Source of the DNA: a phage
Direction: 5' to 3' (one strand)
Sequence record: PZ386977.1
Length of the DNA stretch: 64,000 bases
Shown here piece by piece: positions 11,183 through 22,300 of the stretch. A program made the translations under genes and the position numbers. Under the pieces are notes generated by a model. The model searched no databases. It was not told where the DNA came from and saw only the letters and a program-made list of their open reading frames with translations. Each line of letters opens with the position of its first letter. Within the stretch, counting starts at the first letter, position 1.

Positions 11183-13438
11183 TTAAAGCTTACAAGCAGA
11201 ACAATCTTCAGCTTTAGGTGTTTCTAATTCATAGTCATCTGTACCTGACCCATCACGAGTGTTATGATAGTAGAGGTTTTTTCCGCCAAAGTACCAGAAG
11301 TAAAGCAGATCGTCAAGCATTACTGACATTGGCACTTTACCTTTCTCAAATACTGCAGGGTCATAGTAAGTATTAGCAGAAGCAGATTGGCACACCCATT
11401 TCAACATGATAGCAACTTGGGTCAAATAAGGTTTATTACCTTTCTTAGCAAGTTTCCACGCGTAGTCGTAAAGACCCATGTTATGTTCTATATTAGGAAC
11501 AACCTGACGGAAGTTGCCTTCTTTAGATTCTTTAATACTCACTGGACCACGCGGCGGTTCAATCCCGTTTGTAGAGTTTGATACTTGACTGCTTGACTCA
11601 CAAGGCATGAGAGCGCTAAGTGTACTGTTACGAATTCCGTGTTCTTTGAGTTCAGCTCGAAGTTCTTCCCAGTCACAGACGTAGTTCGGGGCTGCGATTT
11701 GGTCAATCTTTTTATTGTACCAGTCGATAGGTAATTCGCCTCTAGACCATTTAGTGTCTGAATAATACTCGCAACATCCTTTTTCTTTGGCGAGTTTGAT
11801 TGAAGCTTTGATAAGGCCATATTGCAATCTCTCAAACAATTCATGAGTCAAATCGTTAGCGTCTTCATATGAAGCGAAGTTAGAAGCTAACCATGCAGCA
11901 TAGTTCGTAACACCAACACCAAGATTACGACGCTTTTTGGCTTTTAAAGCTTCTGGAACCGGATAATCTTGATAGTCTAACAGGTTATCAAGTGCACGTA
12001 CTTGTACTTCAGCAAGTTCATTAATTTTATCTTGGTCTTGCCAATCAAATTTATCTAACACGAATGCAGATAATGTGCATAAACCAATTTCAGCATCAGG
12101 ACCATTCACATCATTAGTTGGAATAGCGATTTCACAACATAAGTTACTCTGACGAATTGGAGCTTTTTCACGAATAAATGGAGTGTAGTTGTTCGTGTTA
12201 TCAACGAATTGCGGATAAATTCGAGCAGTGCCAGAACGTTCAGTCATGAACAATTCAAAGAGTTCTAGTGCTTTGATTCTTTTCTTTCTGATTGTTGGGT
12301 CTTTTTCAGCTTTCTCATAAAGCTCACGGAATTTATCTTGATCTTCAAAGAACGAGTAGTATAGTTCGCCTGACATTTCGTGAGGGCTAAATAAAGTAAT
12401 ATAATCATTTTTACCAAGGCGTTCCATCATAAGGTCATTAATCTGAATTCCGTAGTCCATATGTCGAATACGGTTTTCATCCACGCCTTTGTTATTTTTC
12501 AGAACTAATAGGTTCTCTACTTCTAAGTGCCACATTGGATAATACGCTGTAGCAGCACCGCCACGAATACCGCCTTGAGAACAAGATTTTACTGCAGTTT
12601 GGAAATGTTTCCAGAATGGAATAACACCTGTATGTCGAACTTCACCCATACCGATCTTAGAACCTTCTGCACGAAGCATACCAACGTTGATACCAATACC
12701 AGCTCGTTTAGAAATATATTCAATAATTGATGCTGAAGTTTTGTTAATAGATTTTAACGAATCACCGGCTTCAATAACTACACAACTAGAGAACTGGCGA
12801 GTTGGAGTACGAGCACCTGCCATAATTGGGGTTGGCAATGAAACTTGATGAGTAGAAACGGCGTCATAAAAACGAATAATATGTTTCAAACGGTCATGAG
12901 TTTCATCTTGATGTAAGGCCATACCAATAGCCATGATAGCAAACTGTGGAGTTTCATAAATCTTCCCAGTTGTTTTATCTTTAACCAGGTATTTTTCTTT
13001 AAGCTGCATAGCACCAGCATAAGTCAGATCAAAATCTCGCTCATGTTTAATCCGAGAATCAAGATAAATGATTTCTTCTGCAGAATATCTAGACAACAAC
13101 TCAGGATCGTATTTGCCTTCATTAACACAATACGAGATATGGTCGATAAAAGCAGGAGGTTCAAACTGACCATACACATCTTTACGAAGTGCGAACATTA
13201 ATCCTTTAGCGGCAACATATTGATAATCAGGTTCTTCGACAGAAATCGAGTTAGCTGCAACTTTAATACAAATCTTCTGAATATCTTTGGTGCTCATCCC
13301 GTCAACAAGATGGGTCTTAATTTCTTCGTACAATTCATATGGGTCAATTTGTGTTCCTTCACACTGCCAAGTTAAGACTTGAATAATTTTCTGTGCATCA
13401 AAATTTTGGGATACACCACTGCTCTTAGTTACTTGCAT
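11183..13438 (-). CDS. nrdA: ribonucleotide reductase large subunit
   Basis: 751 aa; class Ia RNR catalytic motifs (NLCCEI, CESS...), C-terminal CSACKL-type tail. Confidence 0.95.
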   Translation of the reverse strand: MQVTKSSGVSQNFDAQKIIQVLTWQCEGTQIDPYELYEEIKTHLVDGMSTKDIQKICIKVAANSISVEEPDYQYVAAKGLMFALRKDVYGQFEPPAFIDHISYCVNEGKYDPELLSRYSAEEIIYLDSRIKHERDFDLTYAGAMQLKEKYLVKDKTTGKIYETPQFAIMAIGMALHQDETHDRLKHIIRFYDAVSTHQVSLPTPIMAGARTPTRQFSSCVVIEAGDSLKSINKTSASIIEYISKRAGIGINVGMLRAEGSKIGMGEVRHTGVIPFWKHFQTAVKSCSQGGIRGGAATAYYPMWHLEVENLLVLKNNKGVDENRIRHMDYGIQINDLMMERLGKNDYITLFSPHEMSGELYYSFFEDQDKFRELYEKAEKDPTIRKKRIKALELFELFMTERSGTARIYPQFVDNTNNYTPFIREKAPIRQSNLCCEIAIPTNDVNGPDAEIGLCTLSAFVLDKFDWQDQDKINELAEVQVRALDNLLDYQDYPVPEALKAKKRRNLGVGVTNYAAWLASNFASYEDANDLTHELFERLQYGLIKASIKLAKEKGCCEYYSDTKWSRGELPIDWYNKKIDQIAAPNYVCDWEELRAELKEHGIRNSTLSALMPCESSSQVSNSTNGIEPPRGPVSIKESKEGNFRQVVPNIEHNMGLYDYAWKLAKKGNKPYLTQVAIMLKWVCQSASANTYYDPAVFEKGKVPMSVMLDDLLYFWYFGGKNLYYHNTRDGSGTDDYELETPKAEDCSACKL

Positions 13439-13473
13439 ATATTCCTCAGTATAGGTTGATAGACATTACTCCA

Positions 13474-13496
13474 AACGGGATAGTATTTATCCCGTT
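13474..13496 (-). other. stem-loop (7-bp stem, 9-nt loop) in nrdA 5' region
   Basis: aacggga / tcccgtt inverted repeat; minus RNA followed by UUUGGAG. Confidence 0.45.
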
Positions 13497-13525
13497 AATT
13501 TATTATACACTTTTAAACTGAAGCG

Positions 13526-13780
13526 TTAATTATCCTCAGCAATAATTTCTTCGTATTCTTTAGGTGTCAAGACTGTGATATCGAAATAAACCAATGGTTC
13601 TTTTTCCATACCGTAACCACCACAAAATTCACGATATTCATAAATTCGTTCATGTGAATAACAAATGAATCGTTCACCTTTAATTGTGATTTCACTATTT
13701 GGTGAAGGGATATCCAGTTCACTTGGATTTTTCATTTCAAAAATTGTGGTGCCATATGAATTAATAAAACGTAAAATCAT
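13526..13780 (-). CDS. hypothetical protein (84 aa)
   Basis: ORF track; between td and nrdA. Confidence 0.55.
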   Translation of the reverse strand: MILRFINSYGTTIFEMKNPSELDIPSPNSEITIKGERFICYSHERIYEYREFCGGYGMEKEPLVYFDITVLTPKEYEEIIAEDN

Positions 13781-13781
13781 T

Positions 13782-14642
13782 TTATACCGCCATTTTAGCT
13801 TTGATAACTGGATGAGATTCGTAATTTTTAAGAACGAAATCGGAATGTATCATCGTTCCAGTAACCCAGTCCATTTGGATTTTTGTAGGCCAATTCTCAA
13901 AATTACTAGGCCAATTAATTTCAAGAGAACATAACTCTTTAGGTTCACGACGAAGAACTTCTTTGCATTGTTCTACATGATTGCTGTAGATATGCGTGTT
14001 GCCGCCTGAGAACACTAAATCACCTGGGATAAGGTTACACATCTTCGCTACAATATGCGTCAAGGCAGCGTACGAGGCAATGTTGAACGGCAGGCCCAAG
14101 AAAACATCTACACTGCGTTGATACCATTGTAAATCAAGATGTCCATTACGCACATTAAATTGATAGAACATATGACAAGGAGGAAGAGCCATTTGATTTA
14201 TTTCGGCCGGATTCCATGCAGAAACTATTTGACGACGATCATTAGGAAGAGCTTTAATACGGTCGATAGTTTTGACCAATTGGTCTACACCACCAAAATC
14301 ACGCCATTGTTTACCGTATATAGGACCAAGTTCACCACTATGATAACCAAGGTCTTTTGCCTGATTTTCGTAATTATCGTCCCAAATAGTTTTACCTTCA
14401 ATTAGACTACCATGAGTACGAAGACGTAATTCATTAACATTAGTAGAACCGGACATGAACCACAGTAACTCGGCAATACAAGCTTTCCATGCTAATTTCT
14501 TAGTTGTTACCGCAGGGAATCCTTTAGTCAGATCCCAACGTAATTTAGTTCCGAACAGGGCAATTGTTCCTGTGCCTGTACGGTCGTCTGTTTCGTAGCC
14601 ATTTTCTAGGATATCATTAATCAGGTATTGGTATTGTTTCAT
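13782..14642 (-). CDS. td: thymidylate synthase, uninterrupted
   Basis: 286 aa contiguous ORF; TS motifs (RRQIVSAWNP, PPCHMFYQF). Confidence 0.95.
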   Translation of the reverse strand: MKQYQYLINDILENGYETDDRTGTGTIALFGTKLRWDLTKGFPAVTTKKLAWKACIAELLWFMSGSTNVNELRLRTHGSLIEGKTIWDDNYENQAKDLGYHSGELGPIYGKQWRDFGGVDQLVKTIDRIKALPNDRRQIVSAWNPAEINQMALPPCHMFYQFNVRNGHLDLQWYQRSVDVFLGLPFNIASYAALTHIVAKMCNLIPGDLVFSGGNTHIYSNHVEQCKEVLRREPKELCSLEINWPSNFENWPTKIQMDWVTGTMIHSDFVLKNYESHPVIKAKMAV

Positions 14643-15226
14643 TTATACACACTCTCAGTAATTTCGGTGAGTTCATCGATTCTGTAGTAATGAGATTCTA
14701 CCATAGAACGTTGAAGCATAATATCTTGGACGAAATCTTTATCAAGTTGAACATCAGAATTAACACGACATTTCTTAATGATTTTAGTCATCACGATTTC
14801 ATCGGCATAAGGCAGCGCCTGTTTTAATAAAGCAGGACCGCCAATAACCGAGACATCAACATGTTCAGTAGAAAGTTTAAACGGTACGTCGGTTGAAGGG
14901 CTGAACAAGTTAATTTCACTACCCATTACCAAGGTAATAAATTCTGCTTGGGTGATATAGAAATGTGCAAGTTCGTCGGTTTTAGTCCTAGGCAGTTTTC
15001 TGGCCATATCGGTGACAACCACATGAGTACGATCCGGGAGTAGACGAGGTAATGATGCAAAAGTCTTAGCACCCATAACCAATACAGTGTTTTTAGTGCG
15101 AGCAACAAAGTTACTCATATCTTGTTTGATATGCTTCCACGGCAGTCCATCACCTAATCCAAAAGCATATTCCAGTTTATCATCAACTGTTTTAGATGGT
15201 GCGCATGCGAATACTAATTTAAGCAT
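14639..15226 (-). CDS. frd: dihydrofolate reductase
   Basis: 195 aa; GLGDGLPW and VIGGPALL motifs; overlaps td start by 4 nt. Confidence 0.85.
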   Translation of the reverse strand: MLKLVFACAPSKTVDDKLEYAFGLGDGLPWKHIKQDMSNFVARTKNTVLVMGAKTFASLPRLLPDRTHVVVTDMARKLPRTKTDELAHFYITQAEFITLVMGSEINLFSPSTDVPFKLSTEHVDVSVIGGPALLKQALPYADEIVMTKIIKKCRVNSDVQLDKDFVQDIMLQRSMVESHYYRIDELTEITESVYK

Positions 15227-15228
15227 TT

Positions 15229-15477
15229 TTATTTCCTCAGATTTTTCTTAACAACCTTCCAATCAGCTTTGAACATTTCAACGTCAGAGTGGTGAATCCA
15301 GAATCCTGCGCTTTCACCGTCTTCGTAAAGTGGACATCCATCGCATTCTTCGTTCCAGCCCATTTCACGTAAAGCTTCTTCAGCTTGTTCAAGGAGTTCA
15401 GCATCTTTACCGACGATGTTGAAGTACCATTTACCTCTAACTTCAGAATCTTTGATGCTCTGGCGTTGCAATCTCAT
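15229..15477 (-). CDS. hypothetical protein (82 aa)
   Basis: ORF track; promoter upstream. Confidence 0.55.
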   Translation of the reverse strand: MRLQRQSIKDSEVRGKWYFNIVGKDAELLEQAEEALREMGWNEECDGCPLYEDGESAGFWIHHSDVEMFKADWKVVKKNLRK

Positions 15478-15511
15478 TTTATTCTCCTCTTCACTTTTAT
15501 TTGATAGGGCT

Positions 15512-15541
15512 ACTATAACATAACCCTATCTGATTGTAAAC
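15512..15541 (-). promoter_or_regulatory. early promoter inside inverted repeat GATAGGG/CCCTATC (PeSL-like)
   Basis: gtaaac 15536-15541, actata 15512-15517; perfect 7-bp arms at 15503-15530. Confidence 0.55.
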
Positions 15542-15945
15542 TACTTTTTAAAAGTTTTTTGCAAAAGTTCGATGATTTCGTCGACGTTGGTTTCATCTAC
15601 GATACAATGGATTTTTGTTACACCTAAAGTTATACCTTCGTTAGTAGGTTGAGGCTTTACTAAATCTACCTCAGTAAAGTACTCAATAAAGTATTTGAAC
15701 TCATCAGGATAAATCTCAAAATAAGTTTCAATTTCACCACCGGCAGAACATACAGTACCATCTTCCATAGTTACACTTACTACGTTTGGCGTATCGCTAT
15801 CGTAATCAGGTTCCATTCCGTTTACAACAAAACTAGGCCCATGGAGTTCAATCAGTTTTAACATCTTAGCGTTATTATGTGGTGCTTCTTGAACAAAGTC
15901 ATCTTTAAATAAAGGATTAATGATATAAGATTTTCCGATTTCCAT
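15541..15945 (-). CDS. hypothetical protein (134 aa)
   Basis: ORF track. Confidence 0.55.
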   Translation of the reverse strand: MEIGKSYIINPLFKDDFVQEAPHNNAKMLKLIELHGPSFVVNGMEPDYDSDTPNVVSVTMEDGTVCSAGGEIETYFEIYPDEFKYFIEYFTEVDLVKPQPTNEGITLGVTKIHCIVDETNVDEIIELLQKTFKK

Positions 15946-15974
15946 TTTGATTTCCTCATGTTGTTGATAAGTCT

Positions 15975-16003
15975 ATATTAACACATCCAGGGAAGAAGTA
16001 AAC
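15975..16003 (-). promoter_or_regulatory. early promoter (GTTTAC -35, TAATAT -10)
   Basis: gtaaac 15998-16003, atatta 15975-15980. Confidence 0.5.
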
Positions 16004-16034
16004 AACTTTTTCGGCAATTTACAGATACTCAAAA

Positions 16035-16052
16035 GGGAGACCGAAGTCTCCC
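16035..16052 (-). terminator. intrinsic terminator GGGAGAC-UUCG-GUCUCCC + UUUUG downstream of gene 32
   Basis: Perfect 7-bp stem, tetraloop, T-run on minus strand. Confidence 0.75.
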
Positions 16053-16058
16053 AATTTA

Positions 16059-16958
16059 TTATAGACCAGCTAACAGGTCATCGAGGTCGCCGTCGTCAGA
16101 AGACGAGGAACTCATGAAGTCATCTTCAGTTTTTGCAGAACCAAAGGCTTCCATGTCTTTATCAAAATCGTCAAGGTCAGAAGCAACTTTATCTGCAACA
16201 GAAGCTGCGGCAGCTGCTGCACCACCAAGAGCGGCAGTACCAAGAACTTGATTAAATTTAGTATTCAATTCTTCAAACGATTTGAACTTATCTTTAGAAG
16301 TCATTTCAGAAAGGTCAACCATTTGTTCGAACAATTCTTTCTGGAAAGATTCATCATCAATGTTTGGAATCGCAGATTGATTCAGGAATTTAGATTCATC
16401 GTAGTTACTGAAACCAGAAACCTGTTTAACTTTCAGCACAAAGTTAGCACCTTCCCATGGGCAAGTTACATCAACAGGAGTTTCACCCATTTCAGTATCG
16501 ACTGCAATCATTGCATTGATTTTGTCCCAAATCTTTTTACCGAAACGATATTTGAATACTTTACCTTCATTATCTGGAGCTTGTGGGTCTTTAACAACCA
16601 GGATATTAGCCCAATAAGAAGTTTTACGTTTCAGTTGAGAATATTCTGTTTTGTTTGTATTGTATAGGTCATTTTTACTAATGTACTGACATACAGGACA
16701 AGAGTCATAATCGCCGTGTGTAGATGAACAGGTTTCAATATACCATTTGCCATTTTTCTTGAACCCGTGGTTAACAAGAATTGTAAACGGAAGTGCGTCA
16801 TCTGTTTTTGCCGGCAGGAAACGAATTACCGCTTGACCATTACCGGATGCATCGAGTTTCAGCTTCCATTCACCTTTATCTTCTGAAGAGAAACCTTTGT
16901 TACCATTCAGTTTAGCCATCTGAGCTGCGAGGTCTGCGGTACTTTTACGTTTAAACAT
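16059..16958 (-). CDS. 32: gp32 single-stranded DNA-binding protein
   Basis: 299 aa; [23 protein letters not shown]..., zinc-site Cys/His context, acidic Ser/Asp-rich C-terminus. Confidence 0.95.
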   Translation of the reverse strand: MFKRKSTADLAAQMAKLNGNKGFSSEDKGEWKLKLDASGNGQAVIRFLPAKTDDALPFTILVNHGFKKNGKWYIETCSSTHGDYDSCPVCQYISKNDLYNTNKTEYSQLKRKTSYWANILVVKDPQAPDNEGKVFKYRFGKKIWDKINAMIAVDTEMGETPVDVTCPWEGANFVLKVKQVSGFSNYDESKFLNQSAIPNIDDESFQKELFEQMVDLSEMTSKDKFKSFEELNTKFNQVLGTAALGGAAAAAASVADKVASDLDDFDKDMEAFGSAKTEDDFMSSSSSDDGDLDDLLAGL

Positions 16959-17036
16959 TTTTATTTGCCTTTATTTAGATTATTAATTAAATTTTACAGT
17001 TGGTTGCTACGACACTTATACCTCGTAGCTGGTATG
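16959..17036 (-). promoter_or_regulatory. gene 32 5' leader: AU-rich unstructured region plus hairpin 17006-17029 (translational operator-like)
   Basis: gcuacga/ucguagc 7-bp stem with 10-nt loop upstream of an A/U-rich tract ending at the gp32 ATG. Confidence 0.5.
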
Positions 17037-17039
17037 TTT

Positions 17040-17047
17040 TATTTATA
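17040..17047 (-). promoter_or_regulatory. late promoter TATAAATA upstream of gene 32
   Basis: Exact TATAAATA on minus strand. Confidence 0.6.
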
Positions 17048-17076
17048 CGGTAATTCTAACACAGATAGAATAAAGC

Positions 17077-17730
17077 TTAATACTTACATGATTTGATTGT
17101 TTCTATGAACAATTTCTTAGCAGCATTTCCATCGATTTGAAGTATTTTTCGATATGCCTTTAATTTGGTAGAATAATTTTGCCAGACTAAATTGTCAGTG
17201 AGTTCGTCATGCTTATCTATAATATTCAAAAATGAGTCCAACAATAAGAAAGTCTCAAATGAAATTATATTGCTTTGTAGCAATTTGAATATGTAGCTCG
17301 ACTGAACGTTGTTATTATAATCAAATATCTCTTGAAGCGCACTAACTTCAACTTTCTTACTGAAATAGTAGATGTTACGTACGTCTTCAGCAAACGTCTC
17401 TTTAGCTTGTTTGAGACGTCCAATATATTCCCTATAGAAAACTAATGCATCAGCGTCTGATATCTCACCAATCCATGCGTCTTGGTTAGCAACTAAGTTA
17501 CTAATGAATATCAAGGTGAGTTCCTTCAATTTATATTTCTCTGCTAGTTTTTCAAAGAAATATTTATCTCGGCGTTTTTGATACGCATTATCCGAAACAC
17601 GCATGCACCAGTTATATTTGATTACGTCATACCGACCATTAAAATGTTGTTTGCACATCAAGTATAGTTTGTATACCGATTTTCCGTTAATATAACGTTC
17701 TCCGTCAGGAGGCATGCGTATTTTAATCAT
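17077..17730 (-). CDS. 59: gp59 helicase-loading protein
   Basis: 217 aa; near-identical to recalled T4 gp59 (MIKIRMPPDGERYINGKSVYKLY...). Confidence 0.9.
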   Translation of the reverse strand: MIKIRMPPDGERYINGKSVYKLYLMCKQHFNGRYDVIKYNWCMRVSDNAYQKRRDKYFFEKLAEKYKLKELTLIFISNLVANQDAWIGEISDADALVFYREYIGRLKQAKETFAEDVRNIYYFSKKVEVSALQEIFDYNNNVQSSYIFKLLQSNIISFETFLLLDSFLNIIDKHDELTDNLVWQNYSTKLKAYRKILQIDGNAAKKLFIETIKSCKY

Positions 17731-18065
17731 AATAAGAAATCTAACGTATTAGTTTTTTCACCACGAGCAACTGATGGGCGAAGCATGTTTTCGTCAATTG
17801 CTTCGCTTGTAATTTTTTCAACAATTCCTGTAGGAATAAATTTAGCAAATTGCGTTTCTGGAATAGAATTTTCTTCTAAGAAAGCAGTTGTTGCTTCTAA
17901 ATAAGACATACCAAATTGTTCAACCATAGATTCGATAATGAATCCGTTTTCTTGTCGGTCAAGCAATTTAGCGATATCATCTTTATCATGTTTTACTGCT
18001 AATTCTTGTTCAGATAAACCGGCCTCATCAACCGGTTTAATATCACTTAGTGAAAACTGTGTCAT
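17727..18065 (-). CDS. 33: gp33 late-transcription co-activator
   Basis: 112 aa; MTQFSLSDIKPVDEAGLSEQEL...; overlaps gene 59 start by 4 nt. Confidence 0.85.
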   Translation of the reverse strand: MTQFSLSDIKPVDEAGLSEQELAVKHDKDDIAKLLDRQENGFIIESMVEQFGMSYLEATTAFLEENSIPETQFAKFIPTGIVEKITSEAIDENMLRPSVARGEKTNTLDFLL

Positions 18066-18312
18066 AAAGCTCGACTACCTCTTCGTTTTCAGCTTCAAAT
18101 TGGTCACGAGCGTCTTTATGATAAAGAGCTAACAAACGATTAAACATTTTTCCATCGACGCCAAGTTCTTCTTTAGCACGAGTACGAATGTCTTTAATCA
18201 GTTCATTATAACCAGAAATTTTAAGTTTGTTATCGGAAGCTTCCTTGACTAGTTTAGCCAGTTCTTCACCATGCACATCTTGATTAAATTCAACTGCTTC
18301 TTTCTTAGCCAT
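18043..18312 (-). CDS. dsbA: DsbA double-stranded DNA-binding protein
   Basis: 89 aa from ATG at 18310-18312 (MAKKEAVEF...); track ORF 18043..18330 begins at an upstream non-ATG codon. Confidence 0.8.
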   Translation of the reverse strand: MAKKEAVEFNQDVHGEELAKLVKEASDNKLKISGYNELIKDIRTRAKEELGVDGKMFNRLLALYHKDARDQFEAENEEVVELYDTVFTK

Positions 18313-18319
18313 GTTTACC

Positions 18320-19237
18320 TCAGAATTCATTAATTACACTTGTTAATTTAGAAAGACCAGATTTTACAAAATATGAATAAATCTTGCCTTTAGGTTGTTG
18401 TTTATATGAGTTATAATACTCTATAATGGTTGAAGCAATATTATCAGGGATATAATCAAAATCAATGAGAACCAAATTTTCTTGATACCGTTTATATTCT
18501 TCTGCACTTAATAATACTTCAGCTTGAGAACGGTCATTGGCAATTGCTTCAATAATCGATGTTTTCATACTCGGAGTTCGTTCACCTTCAACTCGAGTAA
18601 ACCAGAAGTCACCACGAACTCGAACCGATGCGACACCATCCTTACGGTCACCTTTAAGAATTTTAGTCATGCAATCAATTTCAGCAGAACCATTTTTAAT
18701 TTTGACCCATTTTTTCTGTGGTGGTGACCATTGTTTAACGTTAGGATATTTGTGTAATTGTGTAAAGTCACCATCTGATGCAACAATACATACTTTATGT
18801 CCAGCTAATGACAAATATTTAGTTAATACACCGATATGGTCATCCGCTTCATACTTGTCAATATCCATTACAACGTATGGCATGTATTTCTTAATCTCAT
18901 CAACAACTTGATGGAGTGCAGTAAAATATCCTTCCCAATCCCACTTTGAAGCTTCACGGTCTGTTTTACGGTTTTTCTTGTAATAATACGCAAAGTCCCG
19001 ACGCCAATAACCTGAAGTGGCATTATCCATACACAATACAAATTTTGTATAGCCTTGCTTACGGAACATCACTACATTTTTACGAATTGAATTCAAGATT
19101 ACATGGCGAACCATCGGAACAGTAATTTTATCGCCGTCTTCAAAGTTGTTTAATGCGGCTGCCAGTGCAATGTTACTAAAGTCGGCAAGTGCAATACCTT
19201 CTTTGTAATCTTCATCCAACATCATTTCTAAATCCAT
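18320..19237 (-). CDS. rnh: RNase H / 5'-3' flap exonuclease
   Basis: 305 aa; FEN-family acidic residues; T4 rnh size and position. Confidence 0.9.
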   Translation of the reverse strand: MDLEMMLDEDYKEGIALADFSNIALAAALNNFEDGDKITVPMVRHVILNSIRKNVVMFRKQGYTKFVLCMDNATSGYWRRDFAYYYKKNRKTDREASKWDWEGYFTALHQVVDEIKKYMPYVVMDIDKYEADDHIGVLTKYLSLAGHKVCIVASDGDFTQLHKYPNVKQWSPPQKKWVKIKNGSAEIDCMTKILKGDRKDGVASVRVRGDFWFTRVEGERTPSMKTSIIEAIANDRSQAEVLLSAEEYKRYQENLVLIDFDYIPDNIASTIIEYYNSYKQQPKGKIYSYFVKSGLSKLTSVINEF

Positions 19238-19269
19238 ATGAACCTCTTGTTCAGTTAGTCAACTTGTCT

Positions 19270-19299
19270 ATAGTAACACACTCATTTGAAAGCGTAAAC
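19270..19299 (-). promoter_or_regulatory. early promoter for rnh (GTTTAC -35, TACTAT -10)
   Basis: gtaaac 19294-19299, atagta 19270-19275; divergent from gene 34 late promoter. Confidence 0.55.
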
Positions 19300-19302
19300 T
19301 GG

Positions 19303-19310
19303 TATAAATA
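19303..19310 (+). promoter_or_regulatory. late promoter TATAAATA for gene 34
   Basis: Exact TATAAATA about 30 nt upstream of gene 34 ATG. Confidence 0.7.
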
Positions 19311-19340
19311 AGTATTATTGAAACAATAAAGGAAAAACGA

Positions 19341-22300
19341 ATGGCCGACATCAAACGTAAGTTCAGAGCCGAAGACGGTCTGGACGCCGGTGGCGACAAG
19401 ATTGTTAACGTAGCATTAGCCGACCGTACAGTAGGTACTGATGGCGTAAACGTTGACTTCCTGGTACAAGAAAACACCGTTCAAGTATATGATTCTACGC
19501 GTGGATATAACAAAGGATTTGTTGTTCTTTATGACAACCGTTTATATCAAGCAATAAATGATATCGTGTCTCCTTCCGGGGCATTTAACCTTTTACAATG
19601 GCGTGCAGTTCGTACTGATGCACAATGGATAACTGTCGCTTCTGGGAATTATCAACTTTCTTCAGGTGAATCGATTTCGGTTAACACTGGTGCCGGCAAT
19701 GATATGGTTTTCACGTTGCCAAATGCGCCGGTTGATGGTGACACTATTGTTTTGGCTGATATTGGTGGAAGAACCGGGGCAGTTAAAGTACAGATTAACG
19801 CGTCTGTGCAGAGTATTTTAAACTTTAGAGGCGAACAAGTTCGTACAGTTTTAATGACGCGTCCGCGTTCACAACTAGTGTTTGTGTTTAGTAATCGTTT
19901 GTGGCAGATGTATATCATTGATTATGGTAAAGAATCAATCACTGTTACACCTGCTACACCATATCAAGCGCAAGCAAACGATTTTATTGTTCTTCGTTTT
20001 ACTAGTGCAGCACCAATCGACATTACACTTCCACGTAATGCTAACAATGGTGATATAATCAGCCTAGTTGATTTAGATAAATTAAACCCACTGTATCATA
20101 CGATTATTAAAACATTTGATGATACAACGTCTATTGGCGAAGTCGGGACTCATATCGTCGAAGGCAGAACTTCTTCTGACGCGTTTTTTGTTTTTGATGC
20201 TGCAAATAGTTTATGGCGTATATGGGAAGGCGACCAGAAATCACGTCTTCGTATTATCCGTACAGATTCAAATATTCGCCCAAATGAAGAAGTTCTTATT
20301 TTTGGCACAAATAACGCTACAGCAGAAACTATTAATCTTACGCTGCCCACCGGAATTTTGAGTGGTGACACTGTTAAAATTTCAATGAACTACATGCGTA
20401 AAGGCCAAACAGTAAAAATTAAAGCTGCCGAAGGTGATACAATTGCTTCTTCTGTCGCATTACTTCAGTTCCCTAAACGTTCTGAATATCCACCTGATGC
20501 TCAATGGGTCTCTGTTACTGAACTAGAATTCAATGGCACTACTTCATATGTTCCTGTATTAGAATTAGCATATGTTGAAGACACCGATTCTGACACTCAT
20601 TATTGGGTTGTTCAACAGAATGTCCCTACAGTAGAACGTGTTGATGCTGGAACTGATGCTACACGAGCTCGTTTAGGTGTTATTGCTCTTGCTACTCAAG
20701 CGCAAGCAAATGCTGATTTAGAGAATACTCCAGCTAAAGAAGTGGCTATTACTCCTGAAACGTTGGCAAATCGTACAGCAACTGAAGCTCGACGTGGTAT
20801 CGCTAAAATTGCTACAACAGCACAGGTTAATCAGAATTCCACTGCAACATTTGTGGATGATACTATTGTTACGCCTAAAAAATTAAATGAGCGTACAGCA
20901 ACCGAAACTCGTCGTGGTCTTGCTGAAATTGCTACTCAGGCTGAAACAGATGCTGGTCTTGATGACACAACAATTATTACACCTAAGAAATTGCAGGCAC
21001 GTCAGGGTTCTGAAACACTATCGGGTATAGTTAAATATGTATCAACTACTTCTGCTACTCCTGCTGAAACTCGTGGAGCTGCAGGCACTAACGTTTATAA
21101 TAAAACCGTAAATAATTTAACTATTTCTCCTAAAGCCCTTGACCAATATAAAGCAACTTATGCTCAACAAGGTGCAGTAATTTTAGCTGTTGATAGTGAA
21201 GTAATTGCTGGTCAATCTCAGTCTGGATACTCTCATGCTGTAGTAACTCCTGAAACACTACATAAGAAAACTTCTACTGATGGACGTATTGGTTTAATTG
21301 AAATTGCTACGCAAGCAGAAACTAATGCTGGGACTGATTATACACGTGCAGTAACGCCTAAGACGTTAAATGATAGGAGAGCGACGGAAGGATTATCCGG
21401 CATAGCCGAAATTGCTACGCAAGTTGAATTTGATACTGGAACTGATGATACTCGTATCTCGACTCCACTGAAAATTAAAACTCATTTTGATTCTTCTGAC
21501 CGTACCAGTGTTAATTCTGATTCCGGTCTTATTGAAGAAGGAACCTTGTGGAACCATTATACTCTTGATATTTCTAAAGCAAATGAAACACAACGTGGTA
21601 CACTTCGCGTAGCGACTCAGGCAGAATCTAATGCAGGAACTTTAGATGATGTTCTTATTACTCCTAAAAAGCTTTTAGGGACTAAGTCCACTGAAACGTC
21701 TGAAGGTGTAATTAAGGTTGCTACTCGGGCTGAAACTGTAACAGGAACTTCTGCTAATACTGCTGTATCGCCTAAGAATTTAAAATGGATTGTCCAGAAT
21801 GAACCGACATGGGCTGCTACTACGGCAATTCGTGGATTCGTTAAAACTTCATCCGGTTCTATTACATTCGTTGGTGACGATACTCACGGTAGTACCCAGG
21901 ATCTGAATCTTTACGAGAAAAATAGTTATGCTATTTCTCCATATGAATTAAACCGTGTACTTGCTAACTATTTGCCATTAAAAGCAAAAGCTGCTGACGC
22001 AAGTTTATTAGATGGCATAGATTCATCTCAGTTCATTCGTAGGGATATTGCACAGACGGTTAATGGTTCACTAACCTTAACGAAACAAACTAATCTGAGT
22101 GCCCCTCTTGTATCATCTAGTACTGCTACGTTTGGTGGGTCAGTTTCGGCAAATAGTACATTAACTATTTCTAACTCCGGCACAGCTACTCGTCTGATTT
22201 TTGAGAAAGGACCTCAGACTGGAACTAACCCAGCACAGACGATGACTATCAGAGTATGGGGAAATCAGTTCGGTGGCGGATCAGATACAACACGTTCTAC

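Noticed and set aside
18537-18911. Plus-strand ORF (124 aa) antisense to rnh
   Set aside because: Shadow ORF; no SD and low-complexity sequence.
20116-20371. Short ORFs on both strands inside gene 34
   Set aside because: Embedded in a 1291-aa structural gene with clear repeat structure in its own frame.
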